A stretch of 51,609 nt of DNA from an uncultured Gammaproteobacteria bacterium (GTDB lineage: Bacteria; Patescibacteriota; Microgenomatia; Levybacterales; UBA12049): assembly GCA_964474445.1 (NCBI GenBank), contig CAYYSJ010000002.1, positions 1-51,609 of the forward strand. Reading direction: 5' to 3'. Both the position numbers and the translations under genes were made by a program. The notes below the pieces were generated by a model. That model had not been told where the DNA came from. It saw only the letters and a list, made by a program, of their open reading frames with translations, and searched no databases. Below, one piece after another: positions 29,199 through 39,589 of this stretch (within the stretch, counting starts at the first letter, position 1; each line of letters starts with the position of its first letter).

Positions 29199-29612
29199 AT
29201 GAAAAATTATTGGATTATTACTATCGTATTAGTTCTTGTTATTGCTACAGCAGCATTTTTTGGAGGAATGCAATATCAAAAAGCACAACCTGTTATCTAT
29301 AGTGGACAAGGAGGTATGATGCAGGCACGACGATTCGGTGGACAATTTGGTAATGTACGTCCTGTACGGGGCCAGATTATTAGTGCCGACAGTAACACTA
29401 TTACAGTAAAGATGACAGACGGCTCAAGTAAAATCATTATTCTTTCAGGAAATACATCGATTATGGAGGCAACAAGTGCAGGAAAGGAGGCTTTACAAAC
29501 AGGGAAACAGGTCATGGTATTTGGTAACCAAAATGCCGATGGATCTTTGACTGCACAAAATATTCAACTGAACCCGCTGCAAATGAGAGGAGTACCTTCT
29601 CCAGCAAAATAA
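29199..29612 (+). CDS. Membrane-anchored small beta-domain protein (DUF5666-like)
   Basis: TM, FFGGMQY, GQIISADSNTITV, GKQVMVFG..NADGSLTAQNI; strong SD GGAGGTGA at 29187-29194. Confidence 0.75.
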   Translation: MKNYWIITIVLVLVIATAAFFGGMQYQKAQPVIYSGQGGMMQARRFGGQFGNVRPVRGQIISADSNTITVKMTDGSSKIIILSGNTSIMEATSAGKEALQTGKQVMVFGNQNADGSLTAQNIQLNPLQMRGVPSPAK

Positions 29613-29682
29613 ACAGAACAATAATAAAAAAGAAGAAACATATGATGTGAAGTGTCATATGTTTCTTTGTTACAATAATGGT

Positions 29683-30381
29683 ATGAAAAAACACATGAGT
29701 GTCCTTTTGGGAATATTAGTACTTTTTGGAGTTATGAGTGCGTTATATATGAAAGTTTCATATTTGGAAAATCGCCAAAAGGCATTTGCGTCCCTTCCTG
29801 CAAACGTGATTAAAATAGTTCATGGTAATCTTGTCTCTGTTACAAATTTCGATTACATACAAGGTAACAGACAAGCTCCAGTAACGCTTATTGAATATTC
29901 AGATTTTGAATGTCCTTCTTGTCAAAGAATGCATCCAAAGTTTGGAAAAATCATTACTCAATATGGTAATAACATACGTTTTGTTCAACGTATGTTTCCG
30001 CTTCCTCAGAATAATAATGCAGAAAAGGAAGCTGAAGCTGCTCTTTGTGCAGGCAAAATAGGAGGAGAGAAAAAATACTGGCAGTATAGTAGTGAAATTT
30101 ATAAGAAGACAAAAGGGATAGAAGGTGGAGAAGGATTTGCTTTGGTGAATTTGGTTCCTTTGGCCAAAGAATTAGGAATAACCCAAGAGGCGTTTGAAAA
30201 ATGTCTTACTACTGGGGAAATGACACAAGAAGTTCATAATCAAAAAACAAGCGGCGAAAATGCAGGAGTTAATCAATTACCCTCACTTTTTATCATAGAT
30301 AAAAAACAGCATGTAACAGTTTTGACTGGAGAACAAGCACTATCGACATTGCAAGTTATCCTCACATATGCTTTAGAATGA
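29683..30381 (+). CDS. DsbA/BdbD-family thiol-disulfide oxidoreductase
   Basis: TM anchor, EYSDFECPSC, FPL, AEAALCA. Start ATG 29683 lies 6 nt after TACAAT. Confidence 0.9.
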   Translation: MKKHMSVLLGILVLFGVMSALYMKVSYLENRQKAFASLPANVIKIVHGNLVSVTNFDYIQGNRQAPVTLIEYSDFECPSCQRMHPKFGKIITQYGNNIRFVQRMFPLPQNNNAEKEAEAALCAGKIGGEKKYWQYSSEIYKKTKGIEGGEGFALVNLVPLAKELGITQEAFEKCLTTGEMTQEVHNQKTSGENAGVNQLPSLFIIDKKQHVTVLTGEQALSTLQVILTYALE

Positions 30382-30444
30382 TACTTATTACTACCAAAAA
30401 GGTAAGTACTTTACAAAATGAAGCGAAAAGGATATCATAGGTTC

Positions 30445-31026
30445 ATGATAAAGCTATACGTTATCCTTGGTAGTACTCGGCAAGGTCGTTTTGGTGAACA
30501 TCCTGCGAAATGGATTACGAGTGAATTGAAAAAACATTCTGATATTACTGTAGAGCTTATCGATCTTCGTGATTGGCCATTGCCCTTCTTTAATGAATCA
30601 ATTTCCCCTTCCTTAAATCAAGGAAAGTATGAAAATACACTGGCAGCAAAATGGGCAAAAAAAATTGGTGAGGCAGATGGGTTCATTATTGTGACACCAG
30701 AATATAATCACGGATATTCAGCAGTTTTAAAAAATGCAATGGATTATGTATACCCAGAATGGAATAAGAAACCTGTTGCCTTTGTTAGTTATGGAGGAGT
30801 TTCAGGTGGAACTCGAGCAGTTCAACAGTTAAGACAAGTTGCGATTGAATTACAAATGGTCCCTATCCGTCAAGGAGTTCATTTGCCATTCTCCTGGACA
30901 TACCTAGATGAAAAAGGGCATCTTAAAGTAGAAGCTCTCAAGATATTACAACCCCAGGTAGAGGCAATGATTCCTCAACTACTTTGGTATACAAAACTTC
31001 TTAAAAAAGGACGAGAAGAAAAATAA
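30445..31026 (+). CDS. NAD(P)H-dependent FMN reductase
   Basis: GSTRQGR, VTPEYNHG, LKNAMD, VSYGGVSGG; promoter TTTACA-17-TATCAT-6-ATG. Confidence 0.93.
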   Translation: MIKLYVILGSTRQGRFGEHPAKWITSELKKHSDITVELIDLRDWPLPFFNESISPSLNQGKYENTLAAKWAKKIGEADGFIIVTPEYNHGYSAVLKNAMDYVYPEWNKKPVAFVSYGGVSGGTRAVQQLRQVAIELQMVPIRQGVHLPFSWTYLDEKGHLKVEALKILQPQVEAMIPQLLWYTKLLKKGREEK

Positions 31027-31149
31027 CCTTCATCTATTAGGATGAGAGTGAGATAAAAAACTTCGCATATCCCTTGCCTCTTTCATGTAAATATTTTCAT
31101 GTTTAAATTTCTGATTTTTTCTTATGTGTGATATGCTAAGCATACTTTT

Positions 31150-34038
31150 ATGGATGTTGAAGAAGGGAATAATTTCTTAGCTGCACTTGATAATATTGAC
31201 GAAGCAGTTATCGCTTTTGATAACAAACTTCACTATACGTACATCAATAAAAGAGGGTTGGAACTTATTAATAAGAAAAAGGAAGAAGTCATTGGGAAAA
31301 ATATAGAAGATGTTTTTCCAGGAGTTAAGTATACAGAATCAGGTAAACATTTTTATAGAGTCATAAAAACCAGAAAACCTATCTTTTGGGAGTACTATTC
31401 GGAAGGAAAAAAACAATGGCTAAAGGGTCGTGCTTATCACACTAATGATGGTATTGTCGTTTTTTACACTGATGTTACAGAAAGACATTTCTTAGAAGAT
31501 TCTTTGCAAGAAAAAACAAGACTTCTTGAGTTATCTTTTGACGCTATTCAAATAGAAGACGAACAGAATAAGATTCTTTATTGGAATAAAGGAGCAGAGA
31601 TAATCTATGGATGGAAAGAGGAAGAAGTAATCGGCAAAATTGGATATCAATTATTAGGTATTCAGTTTCCTGGTGGGTATGATAGATTTTTCAGACAGTT
31701 ACGAAAGACAAAACATTGGAAAGGTATTCTCAATTACATAACGAAAGATAAGAAACAAATTATAGTAGAATCTACGTGGGCTCTCTTAGAGAAAAACGGG
31801 AAAGAGCAGATACTTCAAATTAATCATGATATTACAGAGCAGACATTAATAAAAAAACAATTGGCATTAAGTGAAAAGAAAATCCGCTCAATGATAGAAA
31901 ACAGTTCAGATATAATCGTTATCAGTGATGGGGAAATGCATGTTCAGTATATTTCTGGTGCTGTTAAGAGAGTTCTTGGATACAGTAGTGAAGATTTCCA
32001 CAAGTTAAGTCTGGATAAAATTGTGCACCCTGAAGATATCCATCTTCTCACTGCTCTCAGTAAAGGATTACAAAAACACAAATTTATTACTGGAGTATTC
32101 CGAGTAAAAACAAAAAGGGGTCAATGGAAATGGGTTGAAACATATTCGCACAATTTACTTGATGAACCTGCCGTTCAAGGTGTCGTTTCAAATGTGAGAG
32201 ATATTACGGAAACAAAAAAAGCAGAGCAGAAAGTTGAAGAAAGTGAAAGTAAGTTCCGTGCTCTTATTGAAAATAGTAGTGATGTTACGTTGATAACAAA
32301 TGCAAAGGGGAAAATAACATATATTTCTCCATCTATAAAAAAGATCTTTGGATACTCGCCAGAAGATCTTATTAAATCGCCACCGAAACTAGTTTTCCAT
32401 CCAGATGATATCGAAAAAACCATGGCTAACCTCCATAAGTTATTGTCAGGATATACAAATCGCACAAGTGGAGAATATCGTATAAAAAATAAGAAAGGCG
32501 AGTGGAGATGGATACATACGGAGGCAACTAATTTACTCAATGATTCTATTGTACAAGGCATTGTCTCAAATGTTCGTGATATTACCGATGAGAAGCTCTA
32601 TCAGGAAAAAATAGAAAATCAGACAAAAAAAATTACTGAAATTCTTGAACATTTTAGCTATGGGTATTATGCATTGGATAAAGATTGGAAGTATCTTTAT
32701 ATTAATAAAGAAGGTGAAAAACTATCTCGAGTAAAAAGAGAGGATATTTTAGGAAAAAGTGTGTGGGATATTTTCCCTGATGTTGAAACAAATGAAACAG
32801 GAAACGCAATGAAACAAGTAATGAAGGAAAGACATCCAATGAAGGTTATCCAATACTATCCGCCATACAACATGTGGTATGAAAATTACATTTACCCAAC
32901 AATAGAAGGCATTGCAATCTATTCAAGAAATATTACCGAGGAGAAAAATATTCAACAGGAAATATTTGATACAGAACAAGAATTAGAAGCAATTTTGAAA
33001 AATATTCCAAATGGAGTTATGGTTCAAGATACAGAAGGCTCTTTAGTATATGTGAATAATGAAGCAGCAAAGCTGACTGGTTATTCCTCAATAGATGAAA
33101 TGCTCAAAGCCCCTAAATTGGATTATATTTATAAATTTGATCTTCGCAATGAGTATGGGAAAAAATTTTTAGTAGAAAATTTACCTGGAAGAATAGCTTT
33201 ACAAACAGGTAAAAATGCGCAAGCAACTGTTAAGTTTATTCACAAACGGACAGGCGAGGTTCGTTGGCTTACTATTACGTCAACTGTTATCTACAGAGGA
33301 CGCGAGAGAAAACCATTGGTTGTAAACGTGATGCAGGATATAAGTGAATTAAAAGAGGCAGATGTACGCAAAAATGATTTTATTAGTATGGCTAGTCACG
33401 AATTAAAAACTCCTCTTACAAGTCTTAAAGTATACATGCATCTACTTACAGAGAAGCAGAAAATTAATGAAAATAAAAAAAAAGAATATATCGTAAAAGC
33501 CTCAGATCAGGTAGAAAAATTACAACAGTTGGTATCTGAGTTACTGGATCAGTCAACAATTCAACAAGGGAGACTATCTCTCCATCTACAGGAAATGTAT
33601 TTTGATTATTTTGTTCAAGAATTTATTAATCATTATCAAGAAGTAGTGAAAGGATTTACTTTTACTGTGACAGGAAAAACAAATAGTCTTGTTAAGATTG
33701 ACAAATATAGAATAGAACAAGTACTTGCAAATTTATTATCAAATGCTGTGAAATACTCAGCAGATAAAAAAGAAGTAGTTATAAAGTTATTGAAAGGAGA
33801 GAGCTCAGTTTACCTTTCAGTAACAGACTTTGGGATGGGAATTCCATCAACAGAATTAGAAAGTATATTCAAACCCTACTATAGGGTCATTGGTAAAAAG
33901 GAAAATACTTTTCCAGGGATGGGAATGGGATTATATATTACAAAGGATATTGTCATAAAGCATGGAGGAAACATCACAGCTGAAAGTATACCAGGACAAG
34001 GAACAACCTTTACTGTCAGTCTCCCTATTGCAGATTAG
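31150..34038 (+). CDS. Soluble multi-PAS (about six) sensor histidine kinase
   Basis: Repeated PAS/PAC units ending DVTE/DITE/NITE/DISE; ASHELKTP, NAVKYS, DFGMGI, GMGMGL; no TM segment. Confidence 0.93.
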   Translation: MDVEEGNNFLAALDNIDEAVIAFDNKLHYTYINKRGLELINKKKEEVIGKNIEDVFPGVKYTESGKHFYRVIKTRKPIFWEYYSEGKKQWLKGRAYHTNDGIVVFYTDVTERHFLEDSLQEKTRLLELSFDAIQIEDEQNKILYWNKGAEIIYGWKEEEVIGKIGYQLLGIQFPGGYDRFFRQLRKTKHWKGILNYITKDKKQIIVESTWALLEKNGKEQILQINHDITEQTLIKKQLALSEKKIRSMIENSSDIIVISDGEMHVQYISGAVKRVLGYSSEDFHKLSLDKIVHPEDIHLLTALSKGLQKHKFITGVFRVKTKRGQWKWVETYSHNLLDEPAVQGVVSNVRDITETKKAEQKVEESESKFRALIENSSDVTLITNAKGKITYISPSIKKIFGYSPEDLIKSPPKLVFHPDDIEKTMANLHKLLSGYTNRTSGEYRIKNKKGEWRWIHTEATNLLNDSIVQGIVSNVRDITDEKLYQEKIENQTKKITEILEHFSYGYYALDKDWKYLYINKEGEKLSRVKREDILGKSVWDIFPDVETNETGNAMKQVMKERHPMKVIQYYPPYNMWYENYIYPTIEGIAIYSRNITEEKNIQQEIFDTEQELEAILKNIPNGVMVQDTEGSLVYVNNEAAKLTGYSSIDEMLKAPKLDYIYKFDLRNEYGKKFLVENLPGRIALQTGKNAQATVKFIHKRTGEVRWLTITSTVIYRGRERKPLVVNVMQDISELKEADVRKNDFISMASHELKTPLTSLKVYMHLLTEKQKINENKKKEYIVKASDQVEKLQQLVSELLDQSTIQQGRLSLHLQEMYFDYFVQEFINHYQEVVKGFTFTVTGKTNSLVKIDKYRIEQVLANLLSNAVKYSADKKEVVIKLLKGESSVYLSVTDFGMGIPSTELESIFKPYYRVIGKKENTFPGMGMGLYITKDIVIKHGGNITAESIPGQGTTFTVSLPIAD

Positions 34039-34580
34039 CGCTTAAATTCTTCTTTGACATCATTGCTAAATTCTTTAAGAAGTTTTTGAATTTTTGGATC
34101 AATGACAAAGGTACAATATGGTGCTGTAGCATTTTTCTCGTAGTAATCTTTATGATAGTCTTCTGCTTTATAAAAAGCAGTGAATGGTGCAATTTCAGTG
34201 ACAATGGGATCCTCGTACATCTCGGACTTCTTTAGCTCTTCTTTTGACTGTTCTGCAAGTTTTTTTTGTTCATCTGAATGATAAAAAATTACTGACCGAT
34301 ATTGTGTTCCAATATCTGCTCCTTGTTGATTCAATGTTGTCGGGTTATGTGTATGCCAAAATATCTCCAAAAGTTTTGTATATGGGATAATTGAAGGATC
34401 GAATTCTATTTGAATTGCTTCTGCATGTCCGGTTGCTCCTGTCGAAACTTGCTCATAACTAGGATTGTCTCTTTTGCCACCAGAATAGCCAGAAGTAACA
34501 GAAATAACTCCTTTTAGTCGTTTAAAAATTGCTTCAGTACACCAGAAACATCCTCCTGCAAATGTTGCAACTTCAATCAT
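34035..34580 (-). CDS. msrA: Peptide-methionine (S)-S-oxide reductase
   Basis: FAGGCFWCTE, GHAEAIQ, QYRSVIF, AEDYH. Confidence 0.97.
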   Translation of the reverse strand: MIEVATFAGGCFWCTEAIFKRLKGVISVTSGYSGGKRDNPSYEQVSTGATGHAEAIQIEFDPSIIPYTKLLEIFWHTHNPTTLNQQGADIGTQYRSVIFYHSDEQKKLAEQSKEELKKSEMYEDPIVTEIAPFTAFYKAEDYHKDYYEKNATAPYCTFVIDPKIQKLLKEFSNDVKEEFKR

Positions 34581-34629
34581 ATAAATATAATACCACTTTT
34601 CTTAATCGATAACATATATAATCACTAAG

Positions 34630-34684
34630 TCTTAGAAAATTCTTACTTAATTTTGCTTTGCTTGCGTGATTGGATTGTTATGAT
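34630..34684 (+). promoter_or_regulatory. TCTTA direct repeat (11-bp period) and extended -10 upstream of a small membrane protein gene
   Basis: TCTTAG 34630, TCTTAC 34641; TGtTATGAT 34676-34684; ATG 34691. Confidence 0.5.
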
Positions 34685-34690
34685 AATTCT

Positions 34691-35005
34691 ATGCTCCTTG
34701 CACTGCTTCTTATCCTTGTCATTTTATGGGCAATAGGATACATTCCTGTAAGTATTTTCGCGATTCCAGATATTATGCTTTTCTCTATTAATGGCCACAC
34801 AATTTCTTTGTGGAATTTACTTACTTTGGCAATTATTCTTGCCATTATTGGTATATTGCCGCGACCGTTCCAAGTGATAGCGCTTGTTTTGTTATTAGTG
34901 TGGATTTTATCACTTCTTGGTATTTTTATTTTCGCAGGATTCTCTAATATCGTTGTTTTGATTATTATTGTTGGAGTTATTATTCTTCTTGTTGCCGGTG
35001 TTTAA
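34691..35005 (+). CDS. Small, very hydrophobic membrane protein (3-4 TM), function unknown
   Basis: MLLALLLILVILWAIGYI...; almost entirely hydrophobic; -10 element 6 nt upstream. Confidence 0.7.
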   Translation: MLLALLLILVILWAIGYIPVSIFAIPDIMLFSINGHTISLWNLLTLAIILAIIGILPRPFQVIALVLLLVWILSLLGIFIFAGFSNIVVLIIIVGVIILLVAGV

Positions 35006-35057
35006 TCAGAAAGTATGCTATGCTAAGATCACTGCCTATAAAAGCGGTCTTACTACC

Positions 35058-38000
35058 GTGGGAAAAAGACAAAACAAAAACCCAATACCTGTTTCCAAAA
35101 ATATACTACAACAGGCTGAATTAGCCCGTGATAGATTGTATCGTCTTCAATATGTAACAACTGCTTTAGCTCAAGCTGCTACATCTATACAAATTGCAGA
35201 GATTATTGCGAGCCTTGGAGCAACAGCTCTTAAAGCATCGGGAAGTACTGTTTGGCTATTTGATGAAAACAAAAAACTATATGTTGCGGCGTATAAAGGC
35301 TTTCATAAAGAACAAATAGATCAGATAACACAAATACAGGAAGAAGGATCTACCCCTACGCTAGATTCAGTACGGTTCAAGAGACCCATTTATATTCGTT
35401 CATTGGAAGATATGAAAAGACTTTATCCCAATACTGTAGAATTAAGAAATCAAAATGAAAGTGTTATATCAATACCTCTTCTTATAGCTGATAGCGTTTT
35501 GGGTGTTATTAATTTGGTTTTTGACAGAATTCATGAATTTACCGCTGAAGAACAAGAATTTATGTACGTACTGGTACAACAATGCGCTCAGGCATTAGAT
35601 AGAGCAAGATTATACGATGAAGAGTTACAACAAAAATTAGCACTGCAAACAACACTTGAGAGAATAAATTCTTTGCAGAAAGTGACTGTATCACTTGCAA
35701 AAGCCGCTACTCCACAGGAAATAGCAAACATTGTATTGATGGAGGGTATGCGGTTACTTGCTGCAAACGGTGGGGAGTTAGCAGTTATCAGTGAAGATAA
35801 AAAAACAATTCGTCGTCTTGTCTCTAAAGGATATTCTGATCCTTCTCATGAGACTAACATTAATTGGGATGAATTTCCAATTGATCGCCCATTATTATGG
35901 GTAGAAGTTATAAAGAAAAATAAACCACTTATTGTCTCCGATCTTTCTCAGGTTCCCGAAAAATACAAGACTGCGAGGGAATTTGCTCAATTCACAGGTT
36001 TTTATGGATTAGTAATTATTCCGTTGCGTACCGAAAGTCATTTGCAAGGTGTTTTTTCCCTATACTTTGGTAAGAATATCTCTCTTACGCAAGAAGAAAT
36101 TGATTTTCTTTCAACCCTTGCTCAACAGTTTGCACAAGCATATGATCGAGCTCATCTCTATGAAAATGAAAAATCTCAACGAGAGGAATTTGAGGATCTT
36201 CTTAGAAGAATAACCACGCTTCAAGAAGTGACAAGGTTACTATCCTCAGCATTAACTTCAGAAGAAGTCTCAGCAATTATCTTAAAGCAAGGGGTAAAAG
36301 CAATGGGAGCCATGGGTGGAGAAGTTGCACTACTTAATCAAGACCATACAAAATTTAAAATTCTTGCATATCGTGGATATTCAAAAGAGTATACGAAAAA
36401 TTTTAATGAAGATTGGCAAGAAATTCCTCATACAGAACCCATGCTTATGTGGGATGCTGTGAGAGAAAAAAAGAATATTTTTCTACCTGATATTATGGCT
36501 TTGCCTCGACAATATAAAAAAGGGAGAGCATTTGCACAACTTACCAATGCAAAGTCTTCTGCAACAATACCGCTTATAGTAGACGAAAAGCCATTTGGAA
36601 CGTTTTTCTTACTATTTAAGAACAGAAATTTTTTTAGTGATGAAGATAAAAACTTTATTATTACATTAGCTCAACATGCAGCCCAAGCACTCGAAAGGTC
36701 GCGAATTTATGAAAAAGAAAGAGAAATCAGCGAGCATCTTCGTCAAAGTGAAGAAAGTTGGAAGCAGCTTGCAGAGACTATTCCTCATTTAGTATGGACA
36801 GGAGATGTAAATGGGAAAGTGGATTACTATAATAAACGATGGGAAGAATACACGGGCTTGTCTCCTGAAAAGATGATTACTCAAGGCGGATGGCTAAATG
36901 TCGTAGAAACTCAGGATATTCCTCATATTAAAAACCTTTGGGAGAAGTCATTTCAGCAAAAGAAACCTTTTGAAGGAGAATATAGATTGAGAAGTAAAAA
37001 TGGCGAGTATCGATGGTTTTTGACAAAAGCTCTTCCTATTAAGAATAGGAAAGGAAAAATAATTCGATGGTTTGGAACAGTTACTGATATTCATCAGCAA
37101 AAGATGATTGCAGAAGAACTAGAGAAAAAAGAAGCACGTTTTAGATCTCTTATTGAAAACAGCTCAGATGCAATCGTTCTTATAGATCACAAGGGAATAA
37201 TGCAGTATTCAAGCCCATCAACAGCAAGAATAACTGGGTATACACCCGAAGAAAGAGTTGGTAAAAGTGTATATACTTCAATTTACCCAAAAGATTTAGA
37301 AAAAGTGAAGCATTTTATTCACGAGCTTTCTGAATCTTCTTCGGATAAATTACTCACTTTGCAGTATAGACGAATTAATAAAGATGGCTCTATCCCTTGG
37401 ATGGAAGCAATAGGAAGAAATTTGCTTCAAAATCCCAATGTTGGCGCATTAGTTGTTAATTATAGAAATATTACAGAGGGAGTTGAATCAGAACAAGCAA
37501 TTCGTCAAGCAAAAGACGAATTGGAAGTTATTCTTGAAAATGTTGCAGAAGCAATTACGGTGTGGGGATCAAAAGGAAATATTTTGTATGCAAATAATGC
37601 TGCAGTAGTACTCAATCGTTATGAATCAAAAGAAGAATTATATGAAGAAGTTTCAATAAGAAACTTCTTATCACGTTTTGAGTCATTCTTTGATGAGAAT
37701 GGGGAATATGTACCTGAAGATCACTTTCCTTCAATAAGAGCTCTCACTGAGAAAAAACCAGTTTATAGTATTTTACGTTTTATCTTTCGAGAGGATCACA
37801 AAGAACAATGGAGGGCAACAAAGGCGGTGCCTATCTTTGATTCACAAGGCAACTTGTCTCTTATTGTTGTTGTTTCTCATGATATCACCAATGAAAAACA
37901 ACAAGAGAAAGTGAAGGATGAGTTTATTAGTACTGCCAGTCATGAGCTAAAAACACCGATTACGAGTGCAAAATTATATTCAGGAATTCTCAGCGAAAAG

Positions 38001-38585
38001 ATACAACAATTTGGAGATACTCAAACTTATTCCATGATAACAAAGTTAGATGCACAGCTTGATAGATTGACCAAACTGATTAACGATCTTCTTGATGTAT
38101 CAAAAATAAAAGCAGGGAAAATACTATTCACAAAAAGAAGCGTAGAAATTGAGTCATTACTCAAAGACATTGTTGATGAAATGCAATATACAACAATTAC
38201 TCATCACCTCATTTTTTCAGGAAAGTCGAAAAAAATATTACAGCTTGATAAAGAAAGAGTAAGGCAAGTATTTATTAATCTTATCAGCAATGCAATCAAG
38301 TACTCGCCTCGTGCTGATAGAGTAGATATTTTATTACAAGAAACAGTAGATGGTGTAAATATTTGTGTTCAAGATTATGGTGTTGGTATTGAAAAAAGTG
38401 AACAAGATAAGATTTTTGAACCATTTTATCGCTCTGGTTCAAGGAATTTTCCAGGTCTTGGATTAGGATTACATATCGCAAGTGAAATAATCAAGAGGCA
38501 TGGAGGGAAAATGTGGGTAGAAAGTATTCCTGATAGAGGTACTAAAATGTATGTTTTTCTTCCTGGTAAAAGGAACCGTGAATAA
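35058..38585 (+). CDS. Soluble 3xGAF + ~3xPAS sensor histidine kinase (start uncertain)
   Basis: Three repeats ending AQALDRA/AQAYDRA/AQALERS (GAF); PAS units; ASHELKTP, NAIKYS, DYGVGI, GLGLGL. GTG 35058 chosen to avoid overlap. Confidence 0.9.
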   Translation: MGKRQNKNPIPVSKNILQQAELARDRLYRLQYVTTALAQAATSIQIAEIIASLGATALKASGSTVWLFDENKKLYVAAYKGFHKEQIDQITQIQEEGSTPTLDSVRFKRPIYIRSLEDMKRLYPNTVELRNQNESVISIPLLIADSVLGVINLVFDRIHEFTAEEQEFMYVLVQQCAQALDRARLYDEELQQKLALQTTLERINSLQKVTVSLAKAATPQEIANIVLMEGMRLLAANGGELAVISEDKKTIRRLVSKGYSDPSHETNINWDEFPIDRPLLWVEVIKKNKPLIVSDLSQVPEKYKTAREFAQFTGFYGLVIIPLRTESHLQGVFSLYFGKNISLTQEEIDFLSTLAQQFAQAYDRAHLYENEKSQREEFEDLLRRITTLQEVTRLLSSALTSEEVSAIILKQGVKAMGAMGGEVALLNQDHTKFKILAYRGYSKEYTKNFNEDWQEIPHTEPMLMWDAVREKKNIFLPDIMALPRQYKKGRAFAQLTNAKSSATIPLIVDEKPFGTFFLLFKNRNFFSDEDKNFIITLAQHAAQALERSRIYEKEREISEHLRQSEESWKQLAETIPHLVWTGDVNGKVDYYNKRWEEYTGLSPEKMITQGGWLNVVETQDIPHIKNLWEKSFQQKKPFEGEYRLRSKNGEYRWFLTKALPIKNRKGKIIRWFGTVTDIHQQKMIAEELEKKEARFRSLIENSSDAIVLIDHKGIMQYSSPSTARITGYTPEERVGKSVYTSIYPKDLEKVKHFIHELSESSSDKLLTLQYRRINKDGSIPWMEAIGRNLLQNPNVGALVVNYRNITEGVESEQAIRQAKDELEVILENVAEAITVWGSKGNILYANNAAVVLNRYESKEELYEEVSIRNFLSRFESFFDENGEYVPEDHFPSIRALTEKKPVYSILRFIFREDHKEQWRATKAVPIFDSQGNLSLIVVVSHDITNEKQQEKVKDEFISTASHELKTPITSAKLYSGILSEKIQQFGDTQTYSMITKLDAQLDRLTKLINDLLDVSKIKAGKILFTKRSVEIESLLKDIVDEMQYTTITHHLIFSGKSKKILQLDKERVRQVFINLISNAIKYSPRADRVDILLQETVDGVNICVQDYGVGIEKSEQDKIFEPFYRSGSRNFPGLGLGLHIASEIIKRHGGKMWVESIPDRGTKMYVFLPGKRNRE

Positions 38586-39132
38586 ACAAGAACAACTAGA
38601 TAAAATTTCACAAGAAATTGCTCATTGTACTCTTTGTAGACAACATTCACTGGGTAAACTGGTTCCGGGTGAAGGGAATCCAGATGCATCGGTTATGTTT
38701 GTGGGAGAAGCGCCGGGTAAAAATGAAGCAGAAACAGGAAGACCTTTCGTTGGGAGGTCAGGACAGCTTCTTCGCAAGAATATACGAGCAATTGGCTTAG
38801 CAGAGAAAGAGGTTTTTATTACAAGTGTCTGTAAATATTTACCAATTACTGGCACGCCAACATCACAACAGATTGCCCTTGGTGCAATCTATTTAAAACA
38901 GCAAATTGATATCATTAATCCGAAGGTACTCGTCTTGCTGGGCAGTGTTGCCTGTAAAGGAGTACTAGGAACACCGGTCTTAGTTGCAAAAGAACATGGA
39001 ACAGTAATAATGAAAGATGGAAGAACATGCTTGATAAGTTACCATCCAGCAGCAGCACTCCGTTTTACGAAAAACCTGACATATTTCCGACAAGATTTTC
39101 AACATCTTAAAGAACTTATTGCAACTTTATAG
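38578..39132 (+). CDS. Uracil-DNA glycosylase, family 4-like
   Basis: CTLC, VPGEG, FVGEAPG, GRPFVGRSG, YHPAAALR. GTG start overlaps the kinase stop. Confidence 0.92.
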   Translation: MNKQEQLDKISQEIAHCTLCRQHSLGKLVPGEGNPDASVMFVGEAPGKNEAETGRPFVGRSGQLLRKNIRAIGLAEKEVFITSVCKYLPITGTPTSQQIALGAIYLKQQIDIINPKVLVLLGSVACKGVLGTPVLVAKEHGTVIMKDGRTCLISYHPAAALRFTKNLTYFRQDFQHLKELIATL

Positions 39133-39137
39133 TTTCC

Positions 39138-39176
39138 TCTTACCAAGATCTTAGACGCTTCGGAAACTCTTCTTAC
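39138..39176 (+). promoter_or_regulatory. TCTTA(C/G) repeats in 11-bp phase upstream of the KGG gene
   Basis: TCTTAC 39138, TCTTAG 39149, TCTTAC 39171. Confidence 0.55.
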
Positions 39177-39202
39177 AACAAATAGTTACTGTTGAAGAAG
39201 AC

Positions 39203-39436
39203 ATGGGTAATTCATCAGGTTGGTATGGAAATCGAAAAGCACATGCACGTGCAGGAAAGATAGGTGGGGAAAAAACTGCAGAAAAATATGGAGATAATTT
39301 TTTTAGTGTTATTGGTAAAAAAGGTGGAAAAGTAAGTCCAGGTAATTTTAAGAATAACCCTGGACGCGCAAAAACTGCAGGCAGTCGTGGCGGAAAATCG
39401 CGGCAAAGAGTAAAAAAGGATATGAAAATTAGGTAA
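39203..39436 (+). CDS. KGG-repeat general stress protein
   Basis: AGKIGGEKT, IGKKGG, GNFKNNPGRAKTAGSRGG. Confidence 0.85.
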   Translation: MGNSSGWYGNRKAHARAGKIGGEKTAEKYGDNFFSVIGKKGGKVSPGNFKNNPGRAKTAGSRGGKSRQRVKKDMKIR

Positions 39437-39464
39437 GAAGCGGCAAAAAGCATGGGGAAGCTAA

Positions 39465-39583
39465 TCTTACACAATTCTTACTTTTTTCTTACTTAATCTT
39501 ATGCCTTTTATAAGAAGATAGTAAAGAGCTAAATTGCCTAATGAAGACATTTCTTGACACAGTTTTTCATAAGCAATTACAAT
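39465..39583 (+). promoter_or_regulatory. Four TCTTA(C/T) direct repeats plus a sigma70 promoter of the orphan response regulator
   Basis: TCTTAC 39465, 39476, 39487; TCTTAT 39497; TTGACA 39554-39559; TACAAT 39578-39583; ATG 39590. Confidence 0.7.
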
Positions 39584-39589
39584 AAACCT

